Assembly: GCF_001194135.2 (NCBI RefSeq)
Contig: NC_068986.1
Location: forward strand, 62,862,614-62,907,146
From: Octopus bimaculoides
Lineage: Eukaryota
Direction of reading: 5' to 3'
DNA: 44,533 nucleotides
In this document: positions 10,780-23,272 of the stretch, one piece after another
Position numbering within the stretch: the first letter of the stretch is position 1
Layout of the letters: the number at the start of each line of letters is the position of its first letter
Translations under genes and position numbers: made by a program
The notes under the pieces: model-generated
Told to the model about the DNA's origin: nothing
The model's database searches: none
The model's input: only the letters and a program-made list of their open reading frames with translations

Positions 10780-11394
10780 TTAAAGTGCACTATTTAGAGA
10801 CGTTCTAGCGCTTGACAATACCATTTTCTCTCTTTCTTCCACCTTACTATAGACTCCTTATTTTCCCCCCCTACAGAGTTAAAAATAACTATTTTGCTCG
10901 AACTAAAACTCATTATTGACTATTTATACATGCTATCCACTGGTAGAAAAATTTCTATAATTTTTCCTATCCTGTATATTTTCTTAATATAACTTTAGCA
11001 ATTTTTGACGTAAGTCAATATTTTTACTTGCTGCCAACTAAAACTGTGCTTGCACGATGGATTTGAAAAATTATAATATATGAAGATGAGACATGTGCAA
11101 TTTGGTCTCCTAATTATATGTTAACTTGTGGCGCTCCCGATGAAGAGAACTTTGCCTGTCAAATTGTTCTATTTGTTAACTAAAGTTCAAGACCTAGGTA
11201 TGGGAGGTGAATATTGTAAATGTTTTTATTTTTCATTCTCTTCAAAATTGCTCTTAACCATGGTTTGGACTTTGACTATTCCTTCTAGCATGTAAGGCGT
11301 CCTGTTATGGTCACCTGTTTTGTGTTTAAATGTACACTATTTTTATACAAAAATATTTTGTCTATTGACTATTTTATACATGCTAGCCACTGGT

Positions 11395-11770
11395 AGCTTT
11401 TTACATGCCACTAGCACAGGAGTCAGTCAGGCAGGCCTGGCATCGATCACATTCAGGTAGTGCTTTTTATGTGCCACTGACATGGGAGTTTAGATGGTGC
11501 TTTTTATGTGCCACCAGCAAGGTGTACTGTTAACAGCCTACGTGCCACCAGCATGGGAGCCAGTCAGGCAGACCTGGCATTGACCATATTCAGATGGTGC
11601 TTTTTATGTGCCACAGGAATGAGAGCCAGTCAGGGGGCACTGGCTACAGCTATGATTTTGATTTTACTTGACTCAACAGGTCTTCTGAAGTATGTCATAT
11701 TGCCCAATGCATCAGGGGTACTCATAGATAGGCTGGACATGCAACACTGGCATCAGCCATGGCTGCAATA
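11395..11770 (-). mobile_element. RTE 3' UTR fragment (tandem-unit region)
   Basis: Repeated GGTGCTTTTTATGTGCCAC...GGAGCCAGTCAGGC units, the reverse complement of the units at 31865-32160. Confidence 0.7.
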
Positions 11771-12971
11771 TATGTGTATGTGTATATATATGTAGAAGGT
11801 TGAAAAGGAACACACGAGTTGATATACATGGAAAAAAAAGTCAAAGCAGAAAATGCTAAAATAATTTTATAAAATACATTTCAGTACTGATTTCAGTCAT
11901 TGAGACTTTTTCAACTGTAAGTATGGGACACAATTAAATTTTGGAAAAATTAAAAGAAAATTTTTTAAAAGAATATTTGCATAGTATTCAAATACAAGGG
12001 GCATTTTCCTTGTTTCTGCCTGTCTCTGTCTCTCTTCTTTACTCTTGTGGGTTCGAGATCCTCGAACCCACACCTTGACTTTTTTCCAAATATATATATA
12101 TATATATATATATATGTTCTCCTGGGGCTAAAAGCAACAGTAACATCCACCCTTAGGGGTCAGCCACATTTAAATGGCAAATATACTTCNNNNNNNNNNN
12201 NNNNNNNNNNNNNNNNNNNNNNNNNNNNNNNNNNNNNNNNNNNNNNNNNNNNNNNNNNNNNNNNNNNNNNNNNNNNNNNNNNNNNNNNNNNNNNNNNNNN
12301 NNNNNNNNNNNNNNNNNNNNNNNNNNNNNNNNNNNNNNNNNNNNNNNNNNNNNNNNNNNNNNNNNNNNNNNNNNNNNNNNNNNNNNNNNNNNNNNNNNNN
12401 NNNNNNNNNNNNNNNNNNNNNNNNNNNNNNNNNNNNNNNNNNNNNNNNNNNNNNNNNNNNNNNNNNNNNNNNNNNNNNNNNNNNNNNNNNNNNNNNNNNN
12501 NNNNNNNNNNNNNNNNNNNNNNNNNNNNNNNNNNNNNNNNNNNNNNNNNNNNNNNNNNNNNNNNNNNNNNNNNNNNNNNNNNNNNNNNNNNNNNNNNNNN
12601 NNNNNNNNNNNNNNNNNNNNNNNNNNNNNNNNNNNNNNNNNNNNNNNNNNNNNNNNNNNNNNNNNNNNNNNNNNNNNNNNNNNNNNNNNNNNNNNNNNNN
12701 NNNNNNNNNNNNNNNNNNNNNNNNNNNNNNNNNNNNNNNNNNNNNNNNNNNNNNNNNNNNNNNNNNNNNNNNNNNNNNNNNNNNNNNNNNNNNNNNNNNN
12801 NNNNNNNNNNNNNNNNNNNNNNNNNNNNNNNNNNNNNNNNNNNNNNNNNNNNNNNNNNNNNNNNNNNNNNNNNNNNNNNNNNNNNNNNNNNNNNNNNNNN
12901 NNNNNNNNNNNNNNNNNNNNNNNNNNNNNNNNNNNNNNNNNNNNNNNNNNNNNNNNNNATATATGCATGAA

Positions 12972-13400
12972 GGCACAGGAATGGATGTGTGGTAAGTAGC
13001 TTGCTTACCAACCACATGGTTCTGGGTTCAGTCCCACTGCATGGCACCTTGGGGCAAGTGTTTTCTACTATAGGCTCAGGCCAACCAAAAGCTTGTGAGT
13101 GGATTTGGTAGATAGAAACTGAAAGAAGCCCGTTGTATATATTTATATATGTATATTTTTGTGTGTCTGTGTTTGTCCCCCCCATCATCACTTGACAGTC
13201 GATGTTGGTGTGTTTACGTCCCCATGACTTAGCGGTTCAGCAAAAGAAACCATTAGAATAAGTATTAGGCTTGCAAGGAGGGTTACTTTGTTCAACAAAA
13301 GGCAGTGCTCCAGCATGACCACAGTCAGTTGACTGAGACAAATAAAAGAATATATGTGCACCAGCATGACCGCAGCCACTTGGCTGAAACACATAAATAA
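12972..13400 (+). mobile_element. tRNA-derived SINE (octopus OR/CORE-type), bipartite around a microsatellite
   Basis: A-box-like GTGTGGTAAG, B-box-like GGTTCAGTCCC and CORE-like CACCTTGGGGCAAGTG, followed by a conserved second half. Homologous to three other loci in the window. Confidence 0.8.
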
Positions 13401-13404
13401 ATAA

Positions 13405-13439
<35 letters not shown>

Positions 13440-13523
13440 GAGAGAGAGAGAATACACACACTCACATATTTGTAATATGTATATATACCAATCTATCTAT
13501 ATAATACATACATTCATACATGC

Positions 13524-13554
<31 letters not shown>

Positions 13555-14657
13555 CACACACACATACATAATATGATGACTATGGATGACTGCTTTAAAA
13601 CCTCCAGCTTCTATACCCAGATTATAAAATTACATTTATACCAATAATTATTGATGCTCTTGGTTTCATGAGTAAATGCCTAAGTGACAATCTGGATAAG
13701 CTGGGGTTTTCAGGAAAAGAAATCAACTAGCTAACCCTCATGTTAGAAATATGACATGTAACCAGAACACTAAAAATATGCAAGACTTTCTCAAGTTCAA
13801 CATGCGAATTTCAAATAATTAAAAGTAGAAGAGAATATATGTGTGCATGTGTGTGTGTGTGTGCATACATGCATGCATAAGTGTATCTATGTAGGTGTAC
13901 GGAGAGAGAAATGTCATAGAAGAAAAATTAAAATAATAAAACTGAACAACTTACAAATTAGCTGCTCCACTGAAAAATTTGAAACACAAGGTAAGTATGA
14001 GGAAGACAAAATTGTACTGATACATTCTAATGAATAATCTTTTACTTTAGTAGTGTATTTTTTTTTTTTTTTGTCCAGTTTGAATTATTCTACCTCCAAA
14101 ATTTATGTCTGACCATAAATCTGTCTCTCTCGTTATGCATGTTATACTGTCTGATTCACTTTCTTTGCCTCTCCCCATCCCCCCTCTCTATTTACATCAG
14201 ATATGTGTATGTATATGTTTTCTTTCCTATGTAACTACTTGTCTGTAAATAATGCAGATATTTCCTTAGGAAGTAAATACTTCTTGAATTGTTTTCCCTT
14301 TGAATCAATTTGTCATCTTCTTAAATATTTTCATGCAGGTGTAGTTAGATAAGAGTCTTTCAAGTGATTTTGAATTTTCTCGTTTTCCCTCATATAAATC
14401 TTGGTAAATCCACAGTGAAATATATAGATAAATATACCTAATCTCAAATATTTCATCCATTTTTGGATAAGGTATGACTTGTAGGCTGGTATCCCCAGAC
14501 TTAGAATTTTGTAGAAATCTGTCACTCCTTGGACTTTCAGTATCTGAACTAAAATGAGCTTTTGATGTGGAATATATTCAAAATAATATTTCAATATCAA
14601 GAAGTCAAGAAGTTAAAAGGTCTGTAGTAAAAGCAGAAACTGTAATACCCTTATATA

Positions 14658-16011
14658 TCAGGTCATCCCATAAGTTCCGTCCAATTTTACCTTTTTTAAA
14701 ATTGAATGAAATTTAATAGTATTTTAGTATGTTTAATGGAATTAAAAAATATTTTCATGCATTTGTGTACATTTAAACTAATTAAATATTATTTTTCAGA
14801 ATAATAGAATTAAAATTTCTTTGATTAAAACCCTTTCTAACATGGAAGTATCCAAAGAGCATTTGAGGCACACAATGCTTTATGAGTACAAAAAAAGGAA
14901 ACTCTGCAGTCAAAGTGACTCGAAACATACACTTAGTTTATGGGAAAGAATGCTTGAATGAAAGAACTTGCAGAAGATGGTTTGCAAAATTCAGAAGTGG
15001 AGATTTCAGCCTTGAAGATGAAGATCGAACAGGACGTCCAGTTGAGTTTCATGATAAGCTCCTTGAGACATTACTTNNNNNNNNNNNNNNNNNNNNNNNN
15101 NNNNNNNNNNNNNNNNNNNNNNNNNNNNNNNNNNNNNNNNNNNNNNNNNNNNNNNNNNNNNNNNNNNNNNNNNNNNNNNNNNNNNNNNNNNNNNNNNNNN
15201 NNNNNNNNNNNNNNNNNNNNNNNNNNNNNNNNNNNNNNNNNNNNNNNNNNNNNNNNNNNNNNNNNNNNNNNNNNNNNNNNNNNNNNNNNNNNNNNNNNNN
15301 NNNNNNNNNNNNNNNNNNNNNNNNNNNNNNNNNNNNNNNNNNNNNNNNNNNNNNNNNNNNNNNNNNNNNNNNNNNNNNNNNNNNNNNNNNNNNNNNNNNN
15401 NNNNNNNNNNNNNNNNNNNNNNNNNNNNNNNNNNNNNNNNNNNNNNNNNNNNNNNNNNNNNNNNNNNNNNNNNNNNNNNNNNNNNNNNNNNNNNNNNNNN
15501 NNNNNNNNNNNNNNNNNNNNNNNNNNNNNNNNNNNNNNNNNNNNNNNNNNNNNNNNNNNNNNNNNNNNNNNNNNNNNNNNNNNNNNNNNNNNNNNNNNNN
15601 NNNNNNNNNNNNNNNNNNNNNNNNNNNNNNNNNNNNNNNNNNNNNNNNNNNNNNNNNNNNACTGCAAAGATCACATCACAGAAGATCGAAGAGCTTGGTT
15701 GAGAAAAAATTCCTCATCCGTCTTATTCTCCCAACCTTGCTCCTTCAGATTACCATTTGTTTTGTAGTTTACAGAATCATTTGGGGGACATAACTTTTGT
15801 AAGCCAGGAGGAGGTTGAAACTGACATTTTAGAGTTCATCGCTTTGAAACCAAAAGATCCCATTGATGGGATTAAAAAGCTTGTAAATAGATGGAAGAAA
15901 GTCATAAATAATCAGGGAAAGTACATTGATGATTAAATTTCAATTAAATATAACATTTGATCACTTGTTTTCTTTATTCAAAATTCAGACAGAACTTATA
16001 GGATGACCTGA
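14658..16011 (+). mobile_element. Mariner element, full length (1354 bp, centre in N gap), frameshifted transposase
   Basis: TIRs TCAGGTCATCCCATAAGTTC / GAACTTATAGGATGACCTGA are both flanked by TA. Translation gives MEVSKEHLRH..RRWFAKFRSGDFSLEDEDRTGRP and HPSYSPNLAPSDYHLF. Confidence 0.92.
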
Positions 16012-16029
16012 TACCTATATATATATTAA

Positions 16030-16462
16030 TGCCAGTGGAATGTTAAAAGCACCATCCGAGCATGATCGTTGCCAGGGCCGCTGACTGGCTCCTGTGCCAG
16101 TGGCACGTAAAAAGCACTATTTGAGCATGATTGTTGCTAGCATTGCCTTACTGGCACATGAAAAACAACATTCGAGCGAGGTCGTTGCCAGTACCGCCGG
16201 ACTGGCTCCTGTGCAGGTGGTACGTAAAAAACACCTTTGAGTGTAGTTGTTGCCAGTACCGCCTGACTGGCCTTCGTGCTGGTGGCGAGTAAAAGCACCA
16301 GCTACACTCTTGGGGTGGTTGGTGTTAAGAAGGGCATCCAACTGTAGAAACTTTGCCAGATCAGATTGGAGCCTGGTGCAGCCTTCTGGCTCGCCAGTCC
16401 TCAGTCAAACTGTCCGACCCATGCCAGCATAGAAGCGGACGTTAAACGACAATGATGATGAT
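16030..16462 (+). mobile_element. 5'-truncated RTE: 3' UTR tandem units plus conserved tail
   Basis: High similarity to 31865-32321. Ends GCGGACGTTAAACGACAATGATGATG. Confidence 0.85.
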
Positions 16463-17061
16463 ATATTACTAAAATTCATGGGAAATTTCTTATTATTGTT
16501 AGTTAAATGATTTGGATAAAGAAAATAACATACTACAAAATACTTGAAGTTATGAAGTCTTGCCCTTTCCGGAAGAGGCCTGAAACTTCCAGTAAGAAGA
16601 GATTAAGATGGAAGAACAAGATAAGAAATATTTCATGCTGTTATGAAAATGAAAGAAAAATATATACATAGGGATATGCACATATCCATATGTGCATGTT
16701 TATACATATGTATATTTGTATATATCTGTATATATAAATATATATTATATATATGTGTATACATTTGTATGTGTATATATATACACATGCACGCATTTAT
16801 ATAAAATGATGACAATGAATTGTTGATGCATAAAATACGGTACCTACATTGGTTGCTAGCTGTCAGGACACTGTATCCATCACAGATTCTATGTTTCCTA
16901 AAATTTGCCAACATTGCTTCTTATATGTCTGTTCACCCTTTTTTTCTTTATAACTCTTTTGTTGTTCATGTGTTTTATGCTGAAAACTATGCATGTACTT
17001 TTGGTTATCATTATTGTTTTTCTTTACTTGACTTATCACTGCTTTCTGTATCTTCTTTTAT

Positions 17062-17099
<38 letters not shown>

Positions 17100-17356
17100 T
17101 TATAATGACAGATAGACATAAGTTGGCTTAATTTTGTATATTTACATAAAATACAAAATACAGAGTATAGAATAAACAAATTAAATGAAAGGAGTTATGT
17201 ATTAGTTTTATCTTGATAGGTGTTTTAGGTGCACCATAGCTTATGTTGTATTCACATTCATATGTAATAAAGATCTGTGATGCTGTAGGTGTATGTAATA
17301 ACATAACCCTATGGATCTATTAGGTAAAACCAGATGACCCTCACTGGAAGAAAATG

Positions 17357-17650
17357 TCATATTAGACATGGCTGCTTTCCTGATGGCTGCAAATTACTGT
17401 CTTCTTTTAATAAAACTTTAGTTTTTGCTAGTCTTACGATGGTAGAAATAGGCGGGAGATCCCCATACAGCTGATTCTTGGTGGAATGAGTTCTCCAAGA
17501 TATGTTTAAGACTGCTCCTAACATTTGGGTACAAGTTCCATTTGACTTGGATACAACCATATGACAGTCTCCCTTAGTAACAAGTCCCTCTGTTGGATTT
17601 GCTTTGAGTAGATCCTCTTTCTTCCATACATTTTCTACTTTCAATGATTT
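17357..17650 (-). mobile_element. Fragment of a second RTE-clade family (post-RT region)
   Basis: CTQMLGAVLNISWRTHSTKNQLYGDLPPIST resembles the RTE motif RML..LNISW..H.T...LYG..PP.S. Confidence 0.65.
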
Positions 17651-17779
17651 CTAAGTCTCTTTCTTCTCACCATCAGTGAAGGTATGTGCACTGTTATCAT
17701 TTTGATCTCACTTTTCCTCAACAAAATCTTGATTCACACTGATACTCTATTTTGTAATCCAGAATACCACACACCTCTG

Positions 17780-18200
17780 ATTTTTCAATGAAGAACACTG
17801 ACACATGTGTAAAATTACTTCTCTTCTAGCAACATCATGTTGCTTTTTGCTGTTTTCTTTCTTCCATTCTTTTGAGGTCAATCTTTTTGCTTTTATGGCT
17901 TTATCCACTGTTGTACTTTACTTTCATGTTACCTTTCCTCTAACTGGAACCTCGCTCCAGCTACAGATCTATCTGTGGCTTTCAGCGGGTTCTTTTGTGA
18001 AAACTCTCATTTGTTAATGTTACAGGTCTCTATCTCCCCCTCTTCATAACATATGCCATCTATAATAGACTTGAACAAAAAGAGGTTTCTGTTTTCACAC
18101 CTTTCCTCTCCAGAATATTTTTTGTCTTTTAGTCTTATATTTAACTCTAATCTACAGACTATATTGAGTGGTACATTCTTCACTGGGTAAAAGCCTAGCA
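17780..18200 (-). mobile_element. Highly degenerate RTE fragment (post-APE linker)
   Basis: FYPVKNVPLNIVCRLELNIRLK and WKKENSKKQHDVARRE parallel the segments at 29340-29760. Confidence 0.5.
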
Positions 18201-18490
18201 TGTAAAATCATCAGTCAATCCCATTACTGAATGAAGATAAAGTTTATCTGTTTTTTATATCTGAGGTTAAACAACACATGTACCTAACTTAATGTGTTAC
18301 CCCCATAAGCTTTATGAGGTATTTTTATATTTTTGTATATATCTTTTTTTCTATATCCAAATTACAATTTACTGTAAGAATTTTGATATAAGCAATATTG
18401 AAGATTTCCAAACAACGATTTGAGAATGAAAAGAAGCAACACAAATATTGATAGGAATAAAACCATGCATACATTCTGGCAAAATACACA

Positions 18491-18822
18491 CATGGTAATA
18501 TGCTTACCTGGTAAGACTTTCATCTATAAATATATTCATATTATAACATGTTCACCTAGTGACATATCCACTCAGTAAAATGTCTGCCTGGTAACTTGTT
18601 CACTTGGTAATCTTTTCACTGGGAAACATGTTCATCTGCTAACGTGTTTACCAAGTAACATACTGATCTGTTCATTGTATAATATAGTCACATGGTAATA
18701 TGTTCACTTGGCAATATGTTCATCTTGTAATATGCTTATTTGGTAACATGTTTATTTGGTAACATACTCACCTGGCAACACATTCATTGAACAGCATATT
18801 TACCTGATAGCTTGTTTATCAG
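18491..18822. repeat. Degenerate 16-bp minisatellite, consensus ~TGGTAACATGTTCACC
   Basis: GGTAA(C/T)ATG(T/C)T(C/T)A recurs with roughly 16-bp period. Confidence 0.7.
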
Positions 18823-18931
18823 TTAAGCAAGTGAAAAAGAAAATCCATTTGAATTCAGGTTGTGAATTTGTATTTTTCCCATCACTACCTAGTATTTACA
18901 TGTATCTAACACCTGTATCGTTTTATACATG

Positions 18932-18972
<41 letters not shown>

Positions 18973-18982
18973 NNNNNNNNNN

Positions 18983-19028
<46 letters not shown>

Positions 19029-19999
19029 TCAGTTAGCTATAACAATGCAAAACACTCAACAGTACAACACTCATTAACAAAGTTGTTAGTTTGCCAAGAC
19101 TGAAAAGGTGCTTTCTTTTAAGCATTTCTGGTACAAGTGTTCTGATGACATTAAAGCCTTCGGAGATATGTTCAGGATAGTTGACAGGAACATGTAATAT
19201 GAATGAACAGTACATATTGGGTGAAGACACTGTGGTGAAAACTAAAGGGAAGAAAACCAAAGATTGTGTAGAAGGGAATGAAAAAGTCTGGTCTGAAAGT
19301 ATTAGCAACTCTGAGGTGATGACATAGGATGACCATGAGGAGTAGTGATACATCATACTACAGAGCTGCCCAGCCTGAGCAAGCTTGGCAAAATACACAA
19401 TAAACTGATGATGATAATGTCTGATAATGACTTTTCTTACGGAAGAAAGTTAAAGGTTTCAAATTTATTTATGGAAAAGGAATGAGATTGTTTGATGTTA
19501 GTGCTTTTCTGTAGGATATCATCATAAGTGAAGTGAAATAGCTACAACCAGGAACCCAAATTAGAACTTGAATAGGTTATTAAAACTAAAGGGATAAAAG
19601 GTCAGGCTGACCTATGTTTTGCCTCACAAAACACACAGCATGATCATGGTTTAAGTTGTGTGAAGAAATCAAATCAATATTCACTTTGCTGAAAGCAATT
19701 TCATCATTCTTGTTGATTTCAAAGAGACCAAAGGAAATGTTTCAAATATGCTGTGAAAAAAATATTCCGGAAAGAAACACCATTTGGTATCAACATTGCA
19801 GCAACCTACACAGTATTGGACTAGATGATACAAGTTCAAATATAAAAATTCTGATTTATGAGGGTAACAAAACAGACACGGTATAGCAATGATAGTGGTG
19901 ACAGGGGTGGTGGGGGTAGTGAATGTGTTTGGACCAGGAAGGCTTGAGCTAGTAATTCTATCCTGTTGATATCTGTCTGTCTGTCTGTTTCTCTCTCTC

Positions 20000-20072
<73 letters not shown>

Positions 20073-20399
20073 TCTTTTATTTTCTTTGTTTCAGTTATTT
20101 GACTGTGGCCATGCTGGAGCACCAACTTTAGTCGAAGAAACTGACCCCAGGACTTATTCTTTGTAAGCCTAATACTTATTCTATTGGTCTCTCTAGCCGA
20201 ACTGCTAAGTTACGGGGACATAAACACAACAATATCGGTTGTCAAGCGATGGGGGGAGGGGGACAAACACAGACACATAAATACATACATATACATATAT
20301 ATATATATATTACACTTCTATATTTAAGAGATGAGGAATCATTACATTATTTACATTATTTACATTTGACAGATATTTGTCCTCATCTTGTTTGTTGTT

Positions 20400-20445
20400 A
20401 ACACAACATTTCAACAGATATACCCTCCAGCTTTCATCAGGTGTC
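20400..20445 (-). ncRNA. Degenerate hammerhead motif (HHR5)
   Basis: Minus strand reads GACAC-CTGATGA-A-AGCTG..CTGTT-GAAA-TGT-T-GTGTT. Helix II is weakened. Confidence 0.5.
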
Positions 20446-20464
20446 TTGGGGAAATTTCAAACCT

Positions 20465-20525
20465 GGGCATATGGCGTAGTGGTTAAGAGCGTGGGCTACT
20501 AACCCCAAGATTCCGAGTTTGAAAT
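20465..20525 (+). promoter_or_regulatory. tRNA-like head with Pol III A box and degenerate B box
   Basis: A box TGGCGTAGTGG (20472-20482) matches TRGCNNARYGG. An anticodon-like loop GGG-CTACTAA-CCC follows. The B-box-like segment is GAGTTTGAAAT. There is no acceptor stem. Confidence 0.7.
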
Positions 20526-20533
20526 TTTCCCAA

Positions 20534-20579
20534 GACACCTGAAGAAGGCTGGAAGGTATATCAGTCGAAACGTTGTGTT
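20534..20579 (+). ncRNA. Minimal type I hammerhead ribozyme motif (HHR6)
   Basis: GACAC-CTGAAGA(20539-45)-A-GGCTG-gaaggtatat-CAGTC-GAAA(20567-70)-CGT-T-GTGTT. Helix III is the palindrome ACGT, the triplet is GUU, and predicted cleavage is after 20574. Confidence 0.75.
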
Positions 20580-20769
20580 GACAACAAACAAGATAAGGAC
20601 AGACATCCATCAAATGTAAATAATGCAAATAATTTACACACACACACACACATATATACGACGGGCTTCTTTCAGTTTCCGTCTACCGAATCCACTCACA
20701 AGGTTTTCGTAGGCCCAAGTGATTGGGAAGCAAGCTTCCTACCACACAACCACTCCTGCACCTGTATAT

Positions 20770-20804
<35 letters not shown>

Positions 20805-20834
20805 CTATATATATATACTATATATATATATATA

Positions 20835-22507
20835 TCATCATCATCATCATCATTGTTGTCATTTAACGTCCGCTCTCCATGCTGGCATGGATTGGACGGT
20901 TTGACTGAGGGTTGGCAAGCCAGAAGGCTGCACAGGCTCCAATCTGATCTGGCAATGTTTCTACAGCTGCATGCTCTTCCTAACGCCAACCACTCTGAGA
21001 GTGTAGTGGGTGTTTTTTACGTGCCACTGACATGAGGGCCAGCCAGGTGCTACTGGTATCAGCCATGCTTGAATGGTGCTTTTTACATGCCACACAGCAT
21101 ATCTCCAAAGGTCTCGGTCACTTGTCATTGCCTCAGTGAGGTCCAACGTTTGAAGGTTGTGCTTCACCACGTCATCTCAGGTTTTCCTGGGTCTACCTCT
21201 TCCACAAGTTCCCTCTACTGCTAGAGTGTGACACTTCATCACACAGCTGTCTTCATCCATATACAACACATGACTCTACCAGCACAATCATCTCTCTTGT
21301 GCACCGCATCTTATGCTTCTTATGTCCAACTTTTCTCTCAGGGCACTTACACTCTGTCATCTATGCACACTGACATTACACATCTAGCGGAGCATACTAG
21401 CGTCATTCCTTGCAAGCTTGCGCATGTCCTCAGCAGTCACAGCCCATGTTTCCCTGCTATGTAGCATGGCTGTTCACACATATGCGTCATACAGTCTACT
21501 TTTCACTCTGAGTGAGAGGCCTTTTGTTACCAGCAGAGGTAGAAGCTCTCTGAACTTTCCCCAGGTTTTTCTTATTCTAGCGGCTACACTCTCAGAATAT
21601 CCACTCCCACAACTGACTTGGTCACCTAGGTAACAGAAACTATAAACTACTTGTAGTTTTTCCCCCTGGGATGTGATGGAAGCCGTTTTCTGCACATTCT
21701 TAGTGTTTATTGCCCTTGAGCATTTGCCAGAGATACAAACAATTTTACAGTTAGCCTTCCTTTGATATTGCACCTCTTATGTGTCTATAGCTTACACCAG
21801 GTACATCTTATGGAGTTTCTACCTATGCCTTTTCTACAGATCGAGCAGGGCTATCTACTTGAAGGGATTTGGGGTTTGTCTGCCTTCCTACTTGTTAAGT
21901 CTTCGGTTTTTGCTAGATTGACTTGAAGGCCCTTTGATTCTAGAGCTTGCTTTCACACCTGAAACTTCTCTTCTAGTTCTGATAGTGACTCAGCTATTAG
22001 AGCAAGGTCATCAGCATAGAGGAGCTCCCAGGGACAACCTGTCTTGAAATTCCTCTAATATTTCCTGGAGGACTATGATAAATAAGATGGGGCTGAGGAC
22101 TGATCCTTGGTGGACCCCTATCCCTACTCGGAATTCTTGATTGTACTCGTTGCCCACCCTCACCTTACTGACAAACATCCTTGTACAGCTCTCACGAACC
22201 ACTCATCTATCCTTAATTTCTACATTGACCACCAGATAAGGGGTTGGAGACCCTGTCAAAGGCTTTCTCCATGTCACCAAAAGACAGTTACAGAGGTTTA
22301 TCTGTACGTAGGTATTTCTCCTGCAGCTGTCTTACCAGAAATATAGCATCAGTGGTGCTTTTCCCTGGCACAAACCAAAACTGCATCTCATCTAGACTGA
22401 CTCTCTCCCTAATTAGTTGGGCTATGACCCTCTCCGTGACTTTCATTATCTGATTCAACAACTTGATACCTCTAAAATTATTCGTATAATGCACCACCTT
22501 TACCCCT
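20835..22507 (-). mobile_element. 5'-truncated RTE LINE (RT through 3' tail)
   Basis: NNFRGIKLLNQIMKVTERV..LDEMQF; GVHQGSVLSPILF; YADD-encoding TATGCTGATGAC; YLGDQV; (CAT)n tail at 20835-20853. Confidence 0.92.
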
Positions 22508-22844
22508 TTTAATTTTATTTAATTAATTTATCTATTTTTTAGATTGTTAATTTGCAAATATTATACTAATGTTTTTTCATGGAGAACTACATTTCATCAA
22601 AAAATTCCCTCCAAAATTGAATGTTTGGTAGGGGAGACAGTACATTTTGTATTCTAAATATAACTCAGAGGAGAAAAAGAAAGAGGGCGAAAAAAGAAGG
22701 AAAAAGGGGAAGAGAGAAAGAAAGCAAAATGACTTTCAGTGATGGCCAACCCCCCAACCTCTGCATCTGTTTTTTTTTTTGTTTTTTGTTTTTTTNNNNN
22801 NNNNNNNNNNNNNNNNNNNNNNNNNNNNNNNNNNNNNNNNNNNN

Positions 22845-22889
<45 letters not shown>

Positions 22890-23272
22890 CTATCTGTCTG
22901 ACTATCTATCTATCTATCTATCTAGCTAGCTATTATTCTTTCTTTCTTTCTATCTATCCATCTCCATTGTCATGGAACCTAACCTAAGAAAACAAAAACA
23001 ATGTTCTCTTCTAAACAAAACCCCCAAAAAACATCTGTTTTATATAAAATGAACAAGCTGTTTGTACATTCATAAAATTTTATTTGACAAGTTTGAGAAG
23101 CACTAATAGAATAAATATTATTCCAAAATTCTGACGACTTTTTTACTCAATATTCAATTTCTGTACACCACACCTAACACTCTGTGCACATATATGTGTG
23201 TGTGTGTGTGTGTTATGATTTAGAACAAACAGTAAAAAGTTGTCATTATAATACTCGGAGTTTCAAATATAT

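Larger units (their letters stand above)
20311..20633. mobile_element. Inverted pair of hammerhead-bearing repeats with a tRNA-like head between them
   Basis: Arms 20346-20462 and 20517-20633 are reverse complements. The spacer 20463-20516 is tRNA-like. Each arm has subterminal (AATGTAAAT)n units. Confidence 0.8.
20092..20762 (-). mobile_element. tRNA-derived SINE split by the insertion at 20311-20633
   Basis: The second half (20092-20280) and the internally deleted first half (20655-20762) are reverse complements of 12972-13400. Confidence 0.75.

Noticed and set aside
20465-20525. Functional tRNA gene (anticodon ACT)
   Set aside because: There is no acceptor stem, the anticodon stem is mismatched and the T arm is fused to the repeat body. 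It was treated as a SINE-type head.
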